Shown here one piece after another: positions 51,638 through 64,000 of a stretch of DNA of 64,000 nucleotides. This DNA is from Azolla caroliniana (lineage: Eukaryota > Plantae > Polypodiophyta): assembly GCA_043228905.1 (NCBI GenBank), contig JBHGNT010000013.1:13206001-13270000 (forward strand), written 5' to 3'. The first letter of the stretch is position 1. Each line of letters opens with the position of its first letter. The notes under the pieces were generated by a model. The model was not told where the DNA came from and ran no database searches. It saw only the letters and a list, made by a program, of their open reading frames with translations. A program made the position numbers and the translations under genes.

Positions 51638-52680
51638 ATATCTACACACATGCACACATGTGCACGTGTTCATACACATACGAACATACTCACCCTCACT
51701 CTTGTGAACATTTGCACATACACTTACAACAAGACTTCATACAAAGATTGTCACACTTATGCCAAGCATCTCATTAGGGGGAGGTTATCTGATGCCTCTG
51801 TTTAGAGTGACATTAAGCTTTGGCCTTTTAAGATTGTATCTAGACCTGTGATCTACGTGCAGTACAAGGGAGAGGAGAAGCAATTCGTTGCTGAGGAGAT
51901 TTCTGCCACAGTTCTCGTGAAGAAGATGAAGTTGACCAAGAAGAAGAAGGCGCAAGAGAAAGAAGAAGAAGAAGAACATAGGACTGAGACACATTTGGTG
52001 CAGAAGAAAATCTGAAGAAGAATCGAATGAGCAAAAGAGATTTTAGAAAAAAAATAAATAGAGAAAGAGAACGATATACAGATTGTGATCATGATCGAGA
52101 CCGTCTAAGGCAACGAGACTGTGATAGGGAGTACTATAGGGAAAGAGATCGAGATCAAAATCATCACAAGAGGGATTGAAGAAAAGAGATGAAAAAGAGA
52201 GAAGAAAGAGAGAGAGGGGCATATGAAGAAATTTCACAAACATGAGGGGTACCAAACAGAAATTTGAAAACTCGAGGGTATAACAACTCACGACAACTCA
52301 CACGAAATAATGGAACAGGAAAAGGAACACATACACACGTCATTTCAAGACCCAAACGATAGTGCCAACGTTAATATGTTAGAGGATATGCCGACCGAAC
52401 AGGGAAGTTTGTGTCGAGCGAGTAGAGACATGAGAAGACCGAGGGAGTTCCGGTCGAACGAGTGTTGATGGCATAGCCATGTGGGTTCAGCCATGCGATG
52501 CACTGTCCCACGGGCATGCCAAGTGTGATCCATATGAGTGTATGTGGATGAGTGCATTAGTGTGAAGGTTTTTGTATGAAGTCTTGTTGTAAGTGTATGT
52601 GCAAATGTTCACAAGAATAAGAGTGAGTATGTTCGTATGTGTATGAACACATGCACATGTGTGTGCATGTGTGTAGATAT
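51638..52680. repeat. ~125-bp inverted repeat pair (51638-51762 and 52554-52680)
   Basis: ATATCTACACACATGCACAC...AAGACTTCATACAAA and its reverse complement TTTGTATGAAGTCTT...GTGTGTAGATAT. Confidence 0.9.
51759..51931 (+). pseudogene. HSP70: Cytosolic Hsp70/Hsc70 fragment
   Basis: [53 protein letters not shown] matches [44 protein letters not shown]. Confidence 0.9.
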
Positions 52681-52689
52681 AAAAAATGT

Positions 52690-53930
52690 CTTTTCAAAAG
52701 AGGCTGGTATAGCCTATTTATACAAAATTGGGAAAAGTGGGTGAAATGGTTGTTTGGTAGTTAAGTGACTCTTGTACTACGAAACAGGTACAATAAACTA
52801 GGAATAAGAGGGAATATCGTTGAAAAAGTGAAAGAGAGAAAAGGCGTTTAAAGCATTGCAGATTCTAGAGAGAGAAGGCATTTAAAGAGTTACAAATTCT
52901 TGAGAGGGAAGAATCTAGGAAAAGAGAGAATTAGAACAAAGATAATAAAGATGAAAGAGATTGCAGGATTGGAGCTGCCACCCTCCAACACCTCCGCCCA
53001 GCTCCAGAACGGCGGTCCAACATTGAGTTGATTGAGGAGCTGATCAATGGCTTGCCTTGGAAGTGGCTTAGTAAATAAATCAACCACATTTTCTTGAGTA
53101 GGACAATATGCCAAGTTGATGACTTGTGATTTCACTAATTCACGAACAAAATGGTGGTGCACTTCAATATGTTTTGTTCTACCATAAAATGCTGAGCTAT
53201 GTGCCAAGGCACGGGCACTTTGGCTATCGGTGAAAACTGCAATACGAGAGTCTTGCAAAACACCAATGTGAGAAAACATTGCATTAACTCACAACAAGTA
53301 TCCAAGTATTTGTTCTACCATAAAATGCTGAGCTATGTGCCAAGGCACGGGCACTTTGGCTGTCGGTGAAAACTACAATACGAGAGTCTTGCAAAACACC
53401 AATGTGAGAAAACAATTGCATTAACCATAGTAACTCACAACAAGTATCCAAGTAGGCTTGATATTCAGCTTCCGTCGATGAAGTAGAAAATGAGTTTTGC
53501 TTCTTCGATTTCCAAGAAATCAAGCTTGAACCTAACATAAAACAATAGCCAGATGTGGACTTTCTAGGATCAATATCACCTACCCAATCAGCATACTCAC
53601 GCTATAGGACAAATTAGGCTTTGTTTAAGTTAAGTGAAGAAGGGACCCAATTAACCTTCCATATTTCGTGATATCCTCAAATATGGGAGAATCATCTTCA
53701 CGAGATAGCTTTGAGTTAGGACAAGAGAGTGGCCTGCAATTTGACATGCTATAGGTCTCAAGGAGCTGCTTGAGATACCTATGTTGGCTGAGGAAGATAC
53801 CATCATTTGATTGATAGACCTCCATACCTATAAAGTAATGGAGAAGTCCTAGATCAATCATTTCGAATGTGGTTTTGAGGTCAGCATGGAGCTCCCTGTA
53901 ATTAGAAGGTCATCAAACATATAATATAGA
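52690..53930 (-). mobile_element. Copia H2: second, more deleted copy of the H family 3' end
   Basis: LTR part 52690-52990 and the RT/RNase H pieces align to 49091-50240; ~139-bp internal duplication at ~53170-53425. Confidence 0.88.
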
Positions 53931-56900
53931 TGTCGTCTGGCAGGGAGATAGGATGATTCAGAAATATGCCATAGAGCTGGAGCGTATATGGGCAGAATAT
54001 GATCATTTCTCACCTGTGACAGTGTGCAATGATCCTCAATGTAAGAGCAAGCAAATTTCTGCTCAAAGAAGAACCATGCAAATTTTGAAACATCTCAACC
54101 CGTCGTTTGGTCAAAGATGGGCAGTTCTTCTATTCAAGGCTGAAATTCCCACACTTGATGAGGCAATTGCGACTATGATACAAGAGGAGAGTAGAATGAA
54201 GTTGCTCTTTGACACCACAGACAGGACTTCCAGGGGTATGATCGACATTAATGGTGTCAAATTCAAGTGGAAGTGAAAATCGAAAATGCTACAATTGTGG
54301 TGAAGCAGGTCATTTAAAGAATGCTTGCCCTAAACCATCGAAGGAGAGAGAATATGGAGGACGTGGACAAACTAGAGGTTGTGGTCGAGGGGGCCGAAGA
54401 GGAGGTCATCAAGCAAACCTGATGGTATCAGAAGAAGACGAAGGAACTAAGGTGGTGTTCACCGAAGAGGATCAGGCTCTCTTAGAAATACTTAGGAGGA
54501 AGCAAAGAGCTGTAGATGATACTTCATTCATGTCAAGAGGTAACGTTGCCACCTATGCTTATTCGGCTACAAGTACTAGCAACACAAATACTCTTGCCTC
54601 TACACCAGAATGGATAATTGATTCTAGTGCATTTAGGCATGTGACGTGCAATGCTAGCGAATTCTCCTCGTACACCCACTTAGCAATGCCAGAGAGCATT
54701 CAAATTGCTGATGGTACAACACAACATGTAGTTGGTATAGGTACAATGAAATGTACCGACTCTGTGACAATGTTTAATGTGTTGCATGCTCCTTTCCCAG
54801 TAAACCTATTATCCATAAGTTCTATCATACACCAACTAAAATGTGTTGTTTCTTTTGATATTCCCAAGGTGATATTCCAGGAGAAAGGGACAAGTTGGGG
54901 ACTTGGGACTGGCACATGGCATAGTGGACTATGGTATTTGGATCGTGAAGGGCTAGATTCAGCATTAGCATCTATGGTAGAGGGAACATTTCATTGATTG
55001 CTTCTCTCGTGTGACTTGGTTATATTTGATGGGGAAAAAGAATGAAGTATTTGCTTGTTTTAAAGATTTTCATAGAGCAGTTCAAACTCAATACGGTGTA
55101 GTAGTAAAAGTGTTGAGGTTTGATAATGGAACAGAGTATGCTAACATCACATTTAGGGCATACCTCTCAGATCAAGGAATACAACATCAAACTACATGCC
55201 CATATACACCAGAACAATAATGGAGTAGCAAAGAGGAAGAATAGACATCTTCTAGAGGTAACAAGAAGCATGATGATTTCTATGAATGTCCCAAAGAAGT
55301 TGTGGGGACATGCAGTTTTGATGGTTGCCGCACTGATCAATAGAATGCCCTCTAGAGTATTGGAGTGGAAGTCTCCATGTGAGTTGTTGCAAGGAAATAA
55401 CTCTAGAATCCTTCCTTTGAAGGTGTTTGGATGTGTGTGTTTTGTAAAGGACAGTAGACCATTTGAAGGAAAACTTGATCCTAGAGCTGTGAAAGGTGTA
55501 TTTGTGGGATACTCTGCCACACAAAAAGGCTATGTTTGTTGGAGTCCAGTAGAGAAGTGATTATTTGTGAGCATGGATGTGCATTTCAGAGAGTCGGAGC
55601 CATATTATAAACAAGAGGTAACTTCACCCTTTGATGACTTAATTGAGACTGAAAATATAAGGGAACGAGATAATGGTGAGAGGTTGCTAAAAATATGATC
55701 AATTCCTTTGTTGATCCCTACATCAGCTCAGAAACAAGTGAGCGTAGGAGATAAGGAAGAAGAAGGAAAAGAAGACGAGGAACTTATATGTGTTGGGACT
55801 CGAGCTAAGAGGGAGCTAAAGGTGTATACACAGAAGAGGAGGCAGAAAGAAGGAAATATGAATACGTCTTCAGTGCCACTTGTGCCATCAAGTTCCATGT
55901 CCCGACCTGCCTCGACTTTTGAAATACCTATAGAACTGCCAAACCCAGAAATCACAGTTGATATGATTTCCTCTCCTTCTCCTATAGAGGTTGGGAGAAC
56001 CTCCCACAGTAATGCAAGAGTCCCTCTTGATCGTTATGGTTTTCCTCATGATATTGCTCAGTTTATCTCTTATTCTAACATATCAGCTACACATAGAGCA
56101 TTCATTGCATCATTAGACTCTGTCACTTTACCCAAGTGTTGGCAGGTTGCTAAAGAAGATCCAAAATGGAAAGCAGCCATGTAAGAAGAACTCGGAGCTC
56201 TTGAGAAGAAGAAAACTTGGGACATTGTGTCACAACCACTAAGAAAAAAGGCGGTTGGGTGCAAATGGGTGTTTCCAATAAAACAGACCCCAGATGGAAA
56301 AATAGGTCGATACAAGGCACGATTGGTGGCTAAAGGATATAGTCAAACGTATGGCATTGACTACGATGACACTTTTGCAAGAAAACTTCTTAGCAGTGAC
56401 TAAGGATTGGAATTTACATCAATTAGACGTAAAAAATGCATTTCTTCATTGAGAGTTGATGGAGGAAGTGTACATGGATGTCCCCCGAGGTTTTGATACA
56501 ATTCAAACAGTAGGTAAGGTTTACAGACTAAGGAAGTCGCTTTATGGACTAAAGCAATCTCCTCAAGCCTAGTTCAACAGGTTAAGAAGGGCTATGGTGG
56601 GTATGGGATACCAACAGACGAATGCAGACCATACTATTTTTTCGACAACACAAGGAGCATACTACATTACTCGTTGTGTATGTGGATGATATAATTATCA
56701 CAGGTAACGTTGAAGGAGAAATTGCCCAACTGAAGGTGCCATTGGGTAAAGAGTTTGATGTGAAGGATCTAAGATTGCTACGATACTTTGTTGGAATTGA
56801 GGTAGCTCATGGAGCAGAGGGAGTTGTTCTATCTCAGCGAAAATATGTATTAGATCTTCTCACAGAAATTGGAATGTTGGGTTGTAGGCCCGTAGCTGCT

Positions 56901-57779
56901 CCAATCGACCAAAAGATCAAGCTAACTGAACTTGCAAGAGAGAAAGTTGATCGTGAAAGGTATCAAAGATTGGTAGGTCGGCTGATTTACTTGACTCATA
57001 CTCGTCTAGATATTTCATTTGCAATAAGTGTGGTAAGTCGCTACATGCATGATCCGAGGAAAGATCATATGGATGTAGTGGACCATATTTTGAGATATCT
57101 CAAAGGTGCCCCGAGGAAGGGATTGATCTTTAGAATACATGGTCATTTTAACATTGAGGGCTATTATGATTCTGGTTGGGCTAGTTGTGTTGATTATAGG
57201 AAATCCACATCAGGATATTGCATGTTTGTTGGGGGCAATTTGGTCTCTTGGAAGAGTAAGAAGCAGTCAGTAGTAGCAAGGTCAACAACCGAAGTAGAGT
57301 ATAGAGCTATTGTTGTAGTAGTTGCGGAGATGTTATGGCTGAGAACTCTCCTAGTAGAACTAAAGGTGAATCAAAAAAATCAGATGTTGTGATGTGACAA
57401 TAAGTCAGCAATCAACATTGCCAACAATCCGGTACAGCATGATAGGACCAAGCACATGGAAATCGACGGATTCTTTATCAAGGAGAAGCTTGAAAATTGG
57501 GTCATGTTTCTACTGAACATCAAGTAGTAGATTGTCTTACAAAGGGACTTGGGGCAGTAAGTCTTACTAGATTGCGTGACAAGATGGGCTTAGTGGATAT
57601 TTTTCGTCCATATTGACGGTGAGTGTTGAGAATGATTAAAAGTCATAATGGCTAGCCCAACGGCTAGTAAGTTCCAATAACTAGTTAGCCCAACGGCCAG
57701 ATCTTGGCCTTTATAAAGAGGAACCTTCTCCTAATGTAAAAATAAGTGATCTCTGTATTTTCTCCCTCCTGTTGTGACA
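53931..57779 (+). mobile_element. Copia I: 5'-truncated Ale/Retrofit-like element with a short 3' LTR (57624-57779)
   Basis: QEESRM, CYNCGEAGHLKNAC, WIIDSSA, RFDNGTEY, KLDPRAVK, VYVDDIII and RTKH. LTR TGTTGAG...TGTGACA, ~156 bp. Confidence 0.87.
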
Positions 57780-57825
57780 TACCAATGTATATTACTGAAC
57801 AAATGTGCCTTCTCATTTTTTAATT

Positions 57826-59220
57826 GTACCCATCCATATCCCGAAAGCATCATCTATATATTTGGTGAAATAGAAAAGATTAGGGTATGGTGGTTGGGGG
57901 TTCCTTAAGTGAACTAAGAATAGGCAGGCATAAACTATAGAAAAATTATTACCCATGGTTGTATTCTTTTACGTGTTGATAGATCACGTTATCAAAGGAA
58001 AGAAATTGATATTTTAACGTGAGTGCACTAAGTGTATAGATAAGGTTGGTTTTAAAAGCTGAAAAATGGGGCGTAATGATTTTTCGTAAGGCTCCAAGTC
58101 CTAGTTTAGGGGGGATGCTAGGATACAAGGATTAAACATCAAAGGTAAAGATAAAGCTATTAGGAGGTGGGTTTAGATGTTTTAAAGTTTGGATAAAGGA
58201 GTGTTAGTCTTTTAAATGTTATTTCTAAAGGAGAAGGATAGGCATGAGTTGTTATGGAGTTTGGGGAGGAAGTAGATATTACATACTTGTTACCTTTTTG
58301 AGGGCTTATATAGTATTTAGTGGGGTTCTATGGTGGATAAGGTGCCTAGATGGTTGTTAACAATGCTTTTAAGTCTATATAATAACTCCTCAAGTGGATA
58401 ATGAGAGACTGCTTTATAGGTATTAGCATTGGAAAGGTGTTCTATAGCTTTGTTATAGTATACGTCTTTGTTAAGAACACAAACTCCAACATTTTTGTTA
58501 GAAAGTATTTTTATGTGATTCTATTGTTAACATAATTTTACCCACCGACAAAAATGTTGAAGTTTGCTTTCTTAACAAAGACGCATACTATAACAAAGCT
58601 ATAAAACACCTTTCCAATACTAATACCTATAAAGTAGTCTCCCATTATCTACTTGAGGAGTTATTATATAGACATAAAAACATTGTTAACAACCATCTAG
58701 GCACCTTATCCACCATAGAACCCCACTAAATACTATATAAGCCCTCAAAAAGGTATCAAGTATGTAATATCTACTTCCTCCCCAAACTCCATAACAACTC
58801 ATGTGTATCCTTCTGCTTTAGAAACAATATTTGAAAGACTTACACTCCTTTATCCAAACTTTAAAACATCTCAACCCACCTCCTAATAGCTTTATCTTTA
58901 CCTTTGATGTTTAATCCTTGTATCCTAGCATCCCCCCTAAACTAGGACTTGGAGCCTTACGAAAAATCATTACGCCCCATTTTTCAGCTTTTAAAACCAA
59001 CCTTATCTATACACTTAGTGCACTCACGTTAAAATATCAATTTCTTTCCTTTGATAACGTGATCTATCAACACGTAAAAGAATACAACCATGGGTAATAA
59101 TTTTTCTATAGTTTATGCTTGCCTATTCTTAGTTCACTTAGGGAACCCCCAACCACCACACCCTAATCTTTTTTATTTTACCAAATATATAGATGATACT
59201 TTCGGGATATAGATGGGTAC
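57826..59220. repeat. 1.4-kb fold-back palindrome (arms 57826-58501 and 58545-59220)
   Basis: Arms are reverse complements with few mismatches; spacer ~43 bp. Confidence 0.96.
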
Positions 59221-59590
59221 TAAACCCGAATTAGAAAATTACCTTCAACTTCATAATATCTCCACTAATAATTGTATCAAACTCACCGTCACTACTTCCC
59301 CCTTTAGATTAACCTAAAAAACTCACATTTCTCTTCTAATTGTTACCAAAAACACCTACCAAGATCTCTCCTTCTCGTTAGATCACCCCTTCACTTAAAA
59401 CGACATTTCATTATTTATGAACTAAAATGATACCTAATTAGAAAGAGCACCCCCTTAGGTTTCCTTAGAATGAAAAGACTATTTTTTAGTAAATTAGTTA
59501 AGACAGGATATCCCCCTTTATTTATACTAGAGAATTATAAAAATGTCCTATTTAGCGCTAGGAGAGCACTAATATATAGTAGAAAACCCA
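58531..59590 (+). mobile_element. Penelope-like element reverse transcriptase, decayed
   Basis: IILPTDKNV(G/E)..YYNKAIKHLSNTNTYK, IYFLPKLH, FDV*SLYPSIP, YQ..TMGN.F..YACLF, KYIDDTFGI(W).G and thumb HP..ELK.Y..GYP. Confidence 0.85.
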
Positions 59591-59596
59591 AAGTAT

Positions 59597-62500
59597 TGTA
59601 GAAAAATCAGGGATCTAGACTAACTCTCATACAGCAAGATCACTTAGAAGACTTAAGAGAATATTAGTAGATTAGGGAAAAACGAGCACTACTATTACAA
59701 AGATGTAGAATCTGGTTTATATAACCAGTTTCTACAGGACTTATAGACCCAACAGTTACTATTATTAGGTTCACACTATTATAGCTATATTCACACCTAA
59801 CAACTACCTAACTAGGTTCAAACTATTCTAAGTGTGTTCACACCCAACAGTTACTTAACTGGGTTCACACTATTATAACAATGTTCACACCAAAGCTTTC
59901 ATAGGATACACGTTAAGTGTAACAAACCCCCCTGAAGTGAATGGTGTGGACTTGAATGTGGTCTTTATCTAGGTGTTGGAAGAATGCCCAATTCCTTGCG
60001 AAAATATTCAAACTTTTCTCTTGATAGAGCCTTGGTGAAAATGTCTGCAACATTTTCATGAGTTTGTACATAGACCAAGTTTGTCTCTTTAGCATGGAAC
60101 TGCTCCCTCACATAGTGATAGTGCACCTCAATGTGTTTTGTTCGTGCATGGAAGACGGGATTTCTTGCAATAGCCAAAGCACTTTGACTATCTGTAAATA
60201 TACAAGTAGGAGATGGTTGCTCAAGTGACAAATCGGACAATAATCTCCTAAGCCAAACACATTCTATTGTGGCGCTGAATGCTGCTCTATATTCAGCTTC
60301 ACAGCTTGATGTTGCCACTGTTGGCTGCTTCTTGCTGAGCCAAGAAACACAGGAATTGCCGATCATGAGACAATTGCCACTATGTGAGACACGAGTGTCG
60401 TAGCAGCCAACCCAATCACTATCAGTGAAGGCTGTTAAAGTAGATGAATTTCTTTCTCCATAGAAGAGGCTGAAATCCATAGTGCCTTTGAGGTAACGGA
60501 AAACTCGCTTGGCTGCTTGCCAATGCTTTGTTCCAGGGCTGTGCATAAACCTGCTTAATTGCGAAACAACATATTGAATATCAGGTCGCGTGTTGCACAG
60601 AAATATCAAACAACCTACAACTTGCTGGTATAAGAGTACATCAGTTGGTTCTCCTTTGTCTTGGTATGAGAATTTGAATCCTGCTTCTACAGGAGTGGAG
60701 ATTGGCTTGCAGTCTTCAAACTTGAATCGTTGTAGGAGCTTCTCGATGTACTTTCGTTGACTGAGAAAAATTCCCCCCTCAACAGTGATAAATTGAATGT
60801 TGAGGTAGTAATGGAGATGACCAAGATCTGTAAGTTCAAATGTCTTACTAAGATCAGCTTTGAAATCTGCAATTTCTTGCTCATCAGGTCCTGTGATTAG
60901 CAAATCATCAACATAAAGCACAACAATTAGTAATTTTTCTCCATCCTTTCGGACATAGAGAGTGCTTTCAGTTGGGCTGTTGACAAAACTGAGTTGCAGA
61001 AGATGAGCATGAATCTTTGCATTCCACGCTCGAGGTGCTTGCTTCAAGCCGTACAAAGCTTTAAATAACCTGCAAACTTTAGTTTCTGCACCTTTAATGA
61101 TAAAACCTGGAGGTTGAGCTACATAAACCTCTTCTTCTAAATCTCCATTTAAGAAGGCGGTTTTAATGTCTAATTGGTGAACCTTCCATCCCTTAATTGC
61201 TGCTGCAGCAACTGTAGCTCTGATTGTAGTCATCTTTGAAGTGGGGGCGAACGTTTCTTCATAGTCTATCCCCTCTTTTTGGGAACAGCCTTTTGCCACA
61301 AGTCTTGCTTTAAAACGATCAATGCCTCCATCTGCATTACGCTTGACTTTGTAAATCCACTTGGTGGCAATTGCTTTTCTACCTTTAGGTAGATCACATA
61401 ACTCCCAAGTGTTGTTCTTGTAGATGGACCCAAGTTCTGATTTCATTGCTTCAACCCAATGGTCATTTGCTAATGCATCCTCAAGAGAGAGTGGTTCCTC
61501 ATCACAAATTTCAGCAATAAGAGCATGATGCACATAATGCAGTTCAGCTTGCTGACTAGTTGACCGGGTTTTACCTTGAAGAGGAAACTTGAGTTTACTG
61601 TCCATAAGGGTGTTAATCAACCATTTAGAAACTGTTCTTGCTTGCTGTGAGGAGTTTTGTTCTTCCTCCAATTCCATGTCAAGATCATGTGGGCTAATGA
61701 CCTGTAAGTCAACATTATCATCAACAATGTTTGGTTGCTCATTTTCAACCACATTGGGCTGTTGTAAGAGATCAATTTGAGTATTGCTTGGTAGCTCTAC
61801 ATCTCTGTTTGGAGGGTGTTGTTGCTGATGCAAAACCTGCATATTACCTTCATGAGTTTGGGTTAGTCGATCACCAACAAACACGACATTTTGGAGCAAT
61901 GGTAACAAAGTATCAAATGCATCTGGTTGATCAACAATTGGCTCTTTGGAGCAATCCACAAATGGTTGAGTTGCATTTTCAGCAAATATCACATCCCGGC
62001 TGATGATGATCTTACCTGTAGTGGGCTGAAACAATCAATAACCTTTGCTTTCTTTGCTGTAGCCAACAAAGATGCATTTTGTTGCTTTGTCTTGAAGCTT
62101 ATGGCGTTGCTGTGGTGGCACAAATGCATAAGCCAAACTTCCAAAGATTCTCATGTGTCCAACATTTGGCTTGTGACCAGTTCAAGCCTTATACGGAGTG
62201 ATAGTTGTTATTGCTTTTGTGGGGCATCTATTCAAAACATAGTTTGCACACATTACAGCTTCCAACCAAAACTTATGAGGTAGCTTCTTACCGTTGAGCA
62301 TGCATCTTGCCATCTCCATGAGAGATCTATTCTTTCTCTCAGCCAAACCATTTTGTTGTGGTGTGTATGGAGTGGTGCATTGATGAATAATACCTCTATC
62401 CTTCAAGAAAACATTGAACTCGTGAGACATGTACTCACCCCTCTATCGGTGCGAAGAGTAATGAGTTTGTGACCGCTAAGATTTTCAGCAAGGTGTAAGA

Positions 62501-64000
62501 ATTCTTTGAAGCATGAAAAGACATTAGATTTCTCCTTCAAAGGATATACCCAAGTGTGTCGGGTAGCATCATCAATGAATGTAAGAAAATAAAGATAACC
62601 TCCAATTGATGGTGTCCTCATTGGGCCACATACATCACTATGTACAAGTTGAAGCTTGTGTGTTGCCAAAACATTTGCATCTTTTGGAAATGAAAACCTG
62701 TGCATCTTCCCTAGAATACAGCCCTCACAAACATGATTAGATGGTACATGAATGGAAGGAAGATTGCATACCATGTCATGCTTGCTAAGCCGTGCAAGGC
62801 TACTGAAATTTAAATGGCCGAACCAAGCATGCCATAGTTCAGATTTGCTTTGTGTTTGGGCATCCACCGCTAATGCATTTTGGTCATCAAATTTCTGATA
62901 TATGTCAAGCTTGTAAAGGTTGTTGAACAAACTACCTGTTATGACAATGATATCGCCCTTTGTACGATCATGTATTGTGCATTTGTCATAGAGAAAATGG
63001 ACAGGGTATCCATGCATAGCAATGGCAGAAACAGAAAGAAGGTTTTTCTTTATGCCAGGGACATAGAGAACATTGTTCAAGGTGACTACATCCCCATTGA
63101 CAGCTGTAATATGAACTTGACCAATGCCTTTTATGGTGTAAGAAGCATTATTGGCACAAGTAACGGTGCCCGCCTTATGACAAGCTTCTTCAAGCGTGAC
63201 AAAGAAATTTTTGCAAGAAGTTATGTGTTTAGAAGCACCGCTATCAAAATACCAATCATCTGTAGTCACTTACTGATAAACATACATCATCCTTTGAGGG
63301 ATCATACATTGTATGTATCGAGAATGCCCACTCATGTTGAGCAATGTGTGCTTCTACCTTCGTACCAGTAGAGGTGGTGACATTAAGACTAGACTGCTTT
63401 TTCTTCTCTTCACTAGCTTTCCTTTTTTGACACTCGCTAATGTCATGGCCTGGTTTACAACAGTAATTGCACCTTATCTTCTTCTTCTCATCATGGAAAG
63501 TCGAGGCATCATTGCCTTTAGAAGAAAGGTTACTTTGTTTTCGTCCTTGTTGGCCTTTGAACTTGGAAGAGGTAACAAAGGCTTGATCACCACTATTAAG
63601 AACATCTCGATTTGCTCGAGACTGAAATTCCTGTAAGAGAAGGGAGATTAGCTCATCAAAACTGAAGCTCTCTTTACCTCTTGTAAGAAGCCTTATTGTT
63701 GTGGCGAAGCCTTGATATGAATCCGGAAGCGCGGCAAGAACTTTAGAAACGAGTTGCTTGTCTGAAATCACTTCATCAATGTTGAGTAGTTGTTCTTTGA
63801 AGTCCTTGATTTTTGTTAAGAATGCATCCATGGATTCACCTTCTTGCATCCTTGTTTCTTCAAGTTGTCGCTTAAGCATAGCGACTCTTGCTTCATTCCT
63901 TTGAGCATACAAATTCTTTAACACATCCCATGCACTTTTTGAAGTCATGCAAGATTGGATATGTGGAACAATGTGACGTTTGACCGATAGTGCGATGAGA
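59597..64000 (-). mobile_element. Copia J: 3' LTR (59597-59924) and gag-pol running off the window end
   Basis: CNYCCKPGHDISEC, WYFDSGASKH, VHSDVCGP, QNGLAERKNR and PPT AGGGGGGTT. LTR has short GTTCACAC repeats. Confidence 0.92.
59965..62034 (-). CDS. Copia J RT and RNase H, 689-aa open stretch
   Basis: KWIYKVK, QLDIKTAFLNG, LYVDDLLI, DSQSALAIARNP and ADIFTK. Confidence 0.93.
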   Translation of the reverse strand: MFQPTTGKIIISRDVIFAENATQPFVDCSKEPIVDQPDAFDTLLPLLQNVVFVGDRLTQTHEGNMQVLHQQQHPPNRDVELPSNTQIDLLQQPNVVENEQPNIVDDNVDLQVISPHDLDMELEEEQNSSQQARTVSKWLINTLMDSKLKFPLQGKTRSTSQQAELHYVHHALIAEICDEEPLSLEDALANDHWVEAMKSELGSIYKNNTWELCDLPKGRKAIATKWIYKVKRNADGGIDRFKARLVAKGCSQKEGIDYEETFAPTSKMTTIRATVAAAAIKGWKVHQLDIKTAFLNGDLEEEVYVAQPPGFIIKGAETKVCRLFKALYGLKQAPRAWNAKIHAHLLQLSFVNSPTESTLYVRKDGEKLLIVVLYVDDLLITGPDEQEIADFKADLSKTFELTDLGHLHYYLNIQFITVEGGIFLSQRKYIEKLLQRFKFEDCKPISTPVEAGFKFSYQDKGEPTDVLLYQQVVGCLIFLCNTRPDIQYVVSQLSRFMHSPGTKHWQAAKRVFRYLKGTMDFSLFYGERNSSTLTAFTDSDWVGCYDTRVSHSGNCLMIGNSCVSWLSKKQPTVATSSCEAEYRAAFSATIECVWLRRLLSDLSLEQPSPTCIFTDSQSALAIARNPVFHARTKHIEVHYHYVREQFHAKETNLVYVQTHENVADIFTKALSREKFEYFRKELGILPTPR

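Overview
Eukaryotic nuclear heterochromatin from a land plant, most likely seed-free and possibly a fern (inferred from the plastid insert and the retroelement types). No intact host gene is evident. The window is almost entirely stacked retroelements. Its core is a five-level nest: a Trp-primed gypsy remnant (E) contains a self-priming Tcn1-like chromovirus (A, 8580-33658, TSD GTTGT). A contains copia B (10800-30077, TSD GATTT), which contains Trp-primed gypsy C (12563-26105, 4-bp TSD ACGC), which contains Tnt1-like copia D (14981-20425). Also present are other chromovirus fragments, a plastid DNA insert (rrn23/rrn4.5/rrn5 joined to ycf2-trnH-psbA) inside a chromovirus, a split L1-like LINE and several more copia elements and solo LTRs. 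An Hsp70 fragment lies between inverted repeats, and a decayed Penelope-like RT forms a 1.4-kb palindrome. The most notable recurring signal is a tRNA-derived A-box/B-box module placed antisense near the U3 end of LTRs from at least two distant gypsy lineages. Candidate -1 frameshift signals and several repair-type duplications also stand out. All calls are by eye; lineage names are inferences that need phylogenetic checks.
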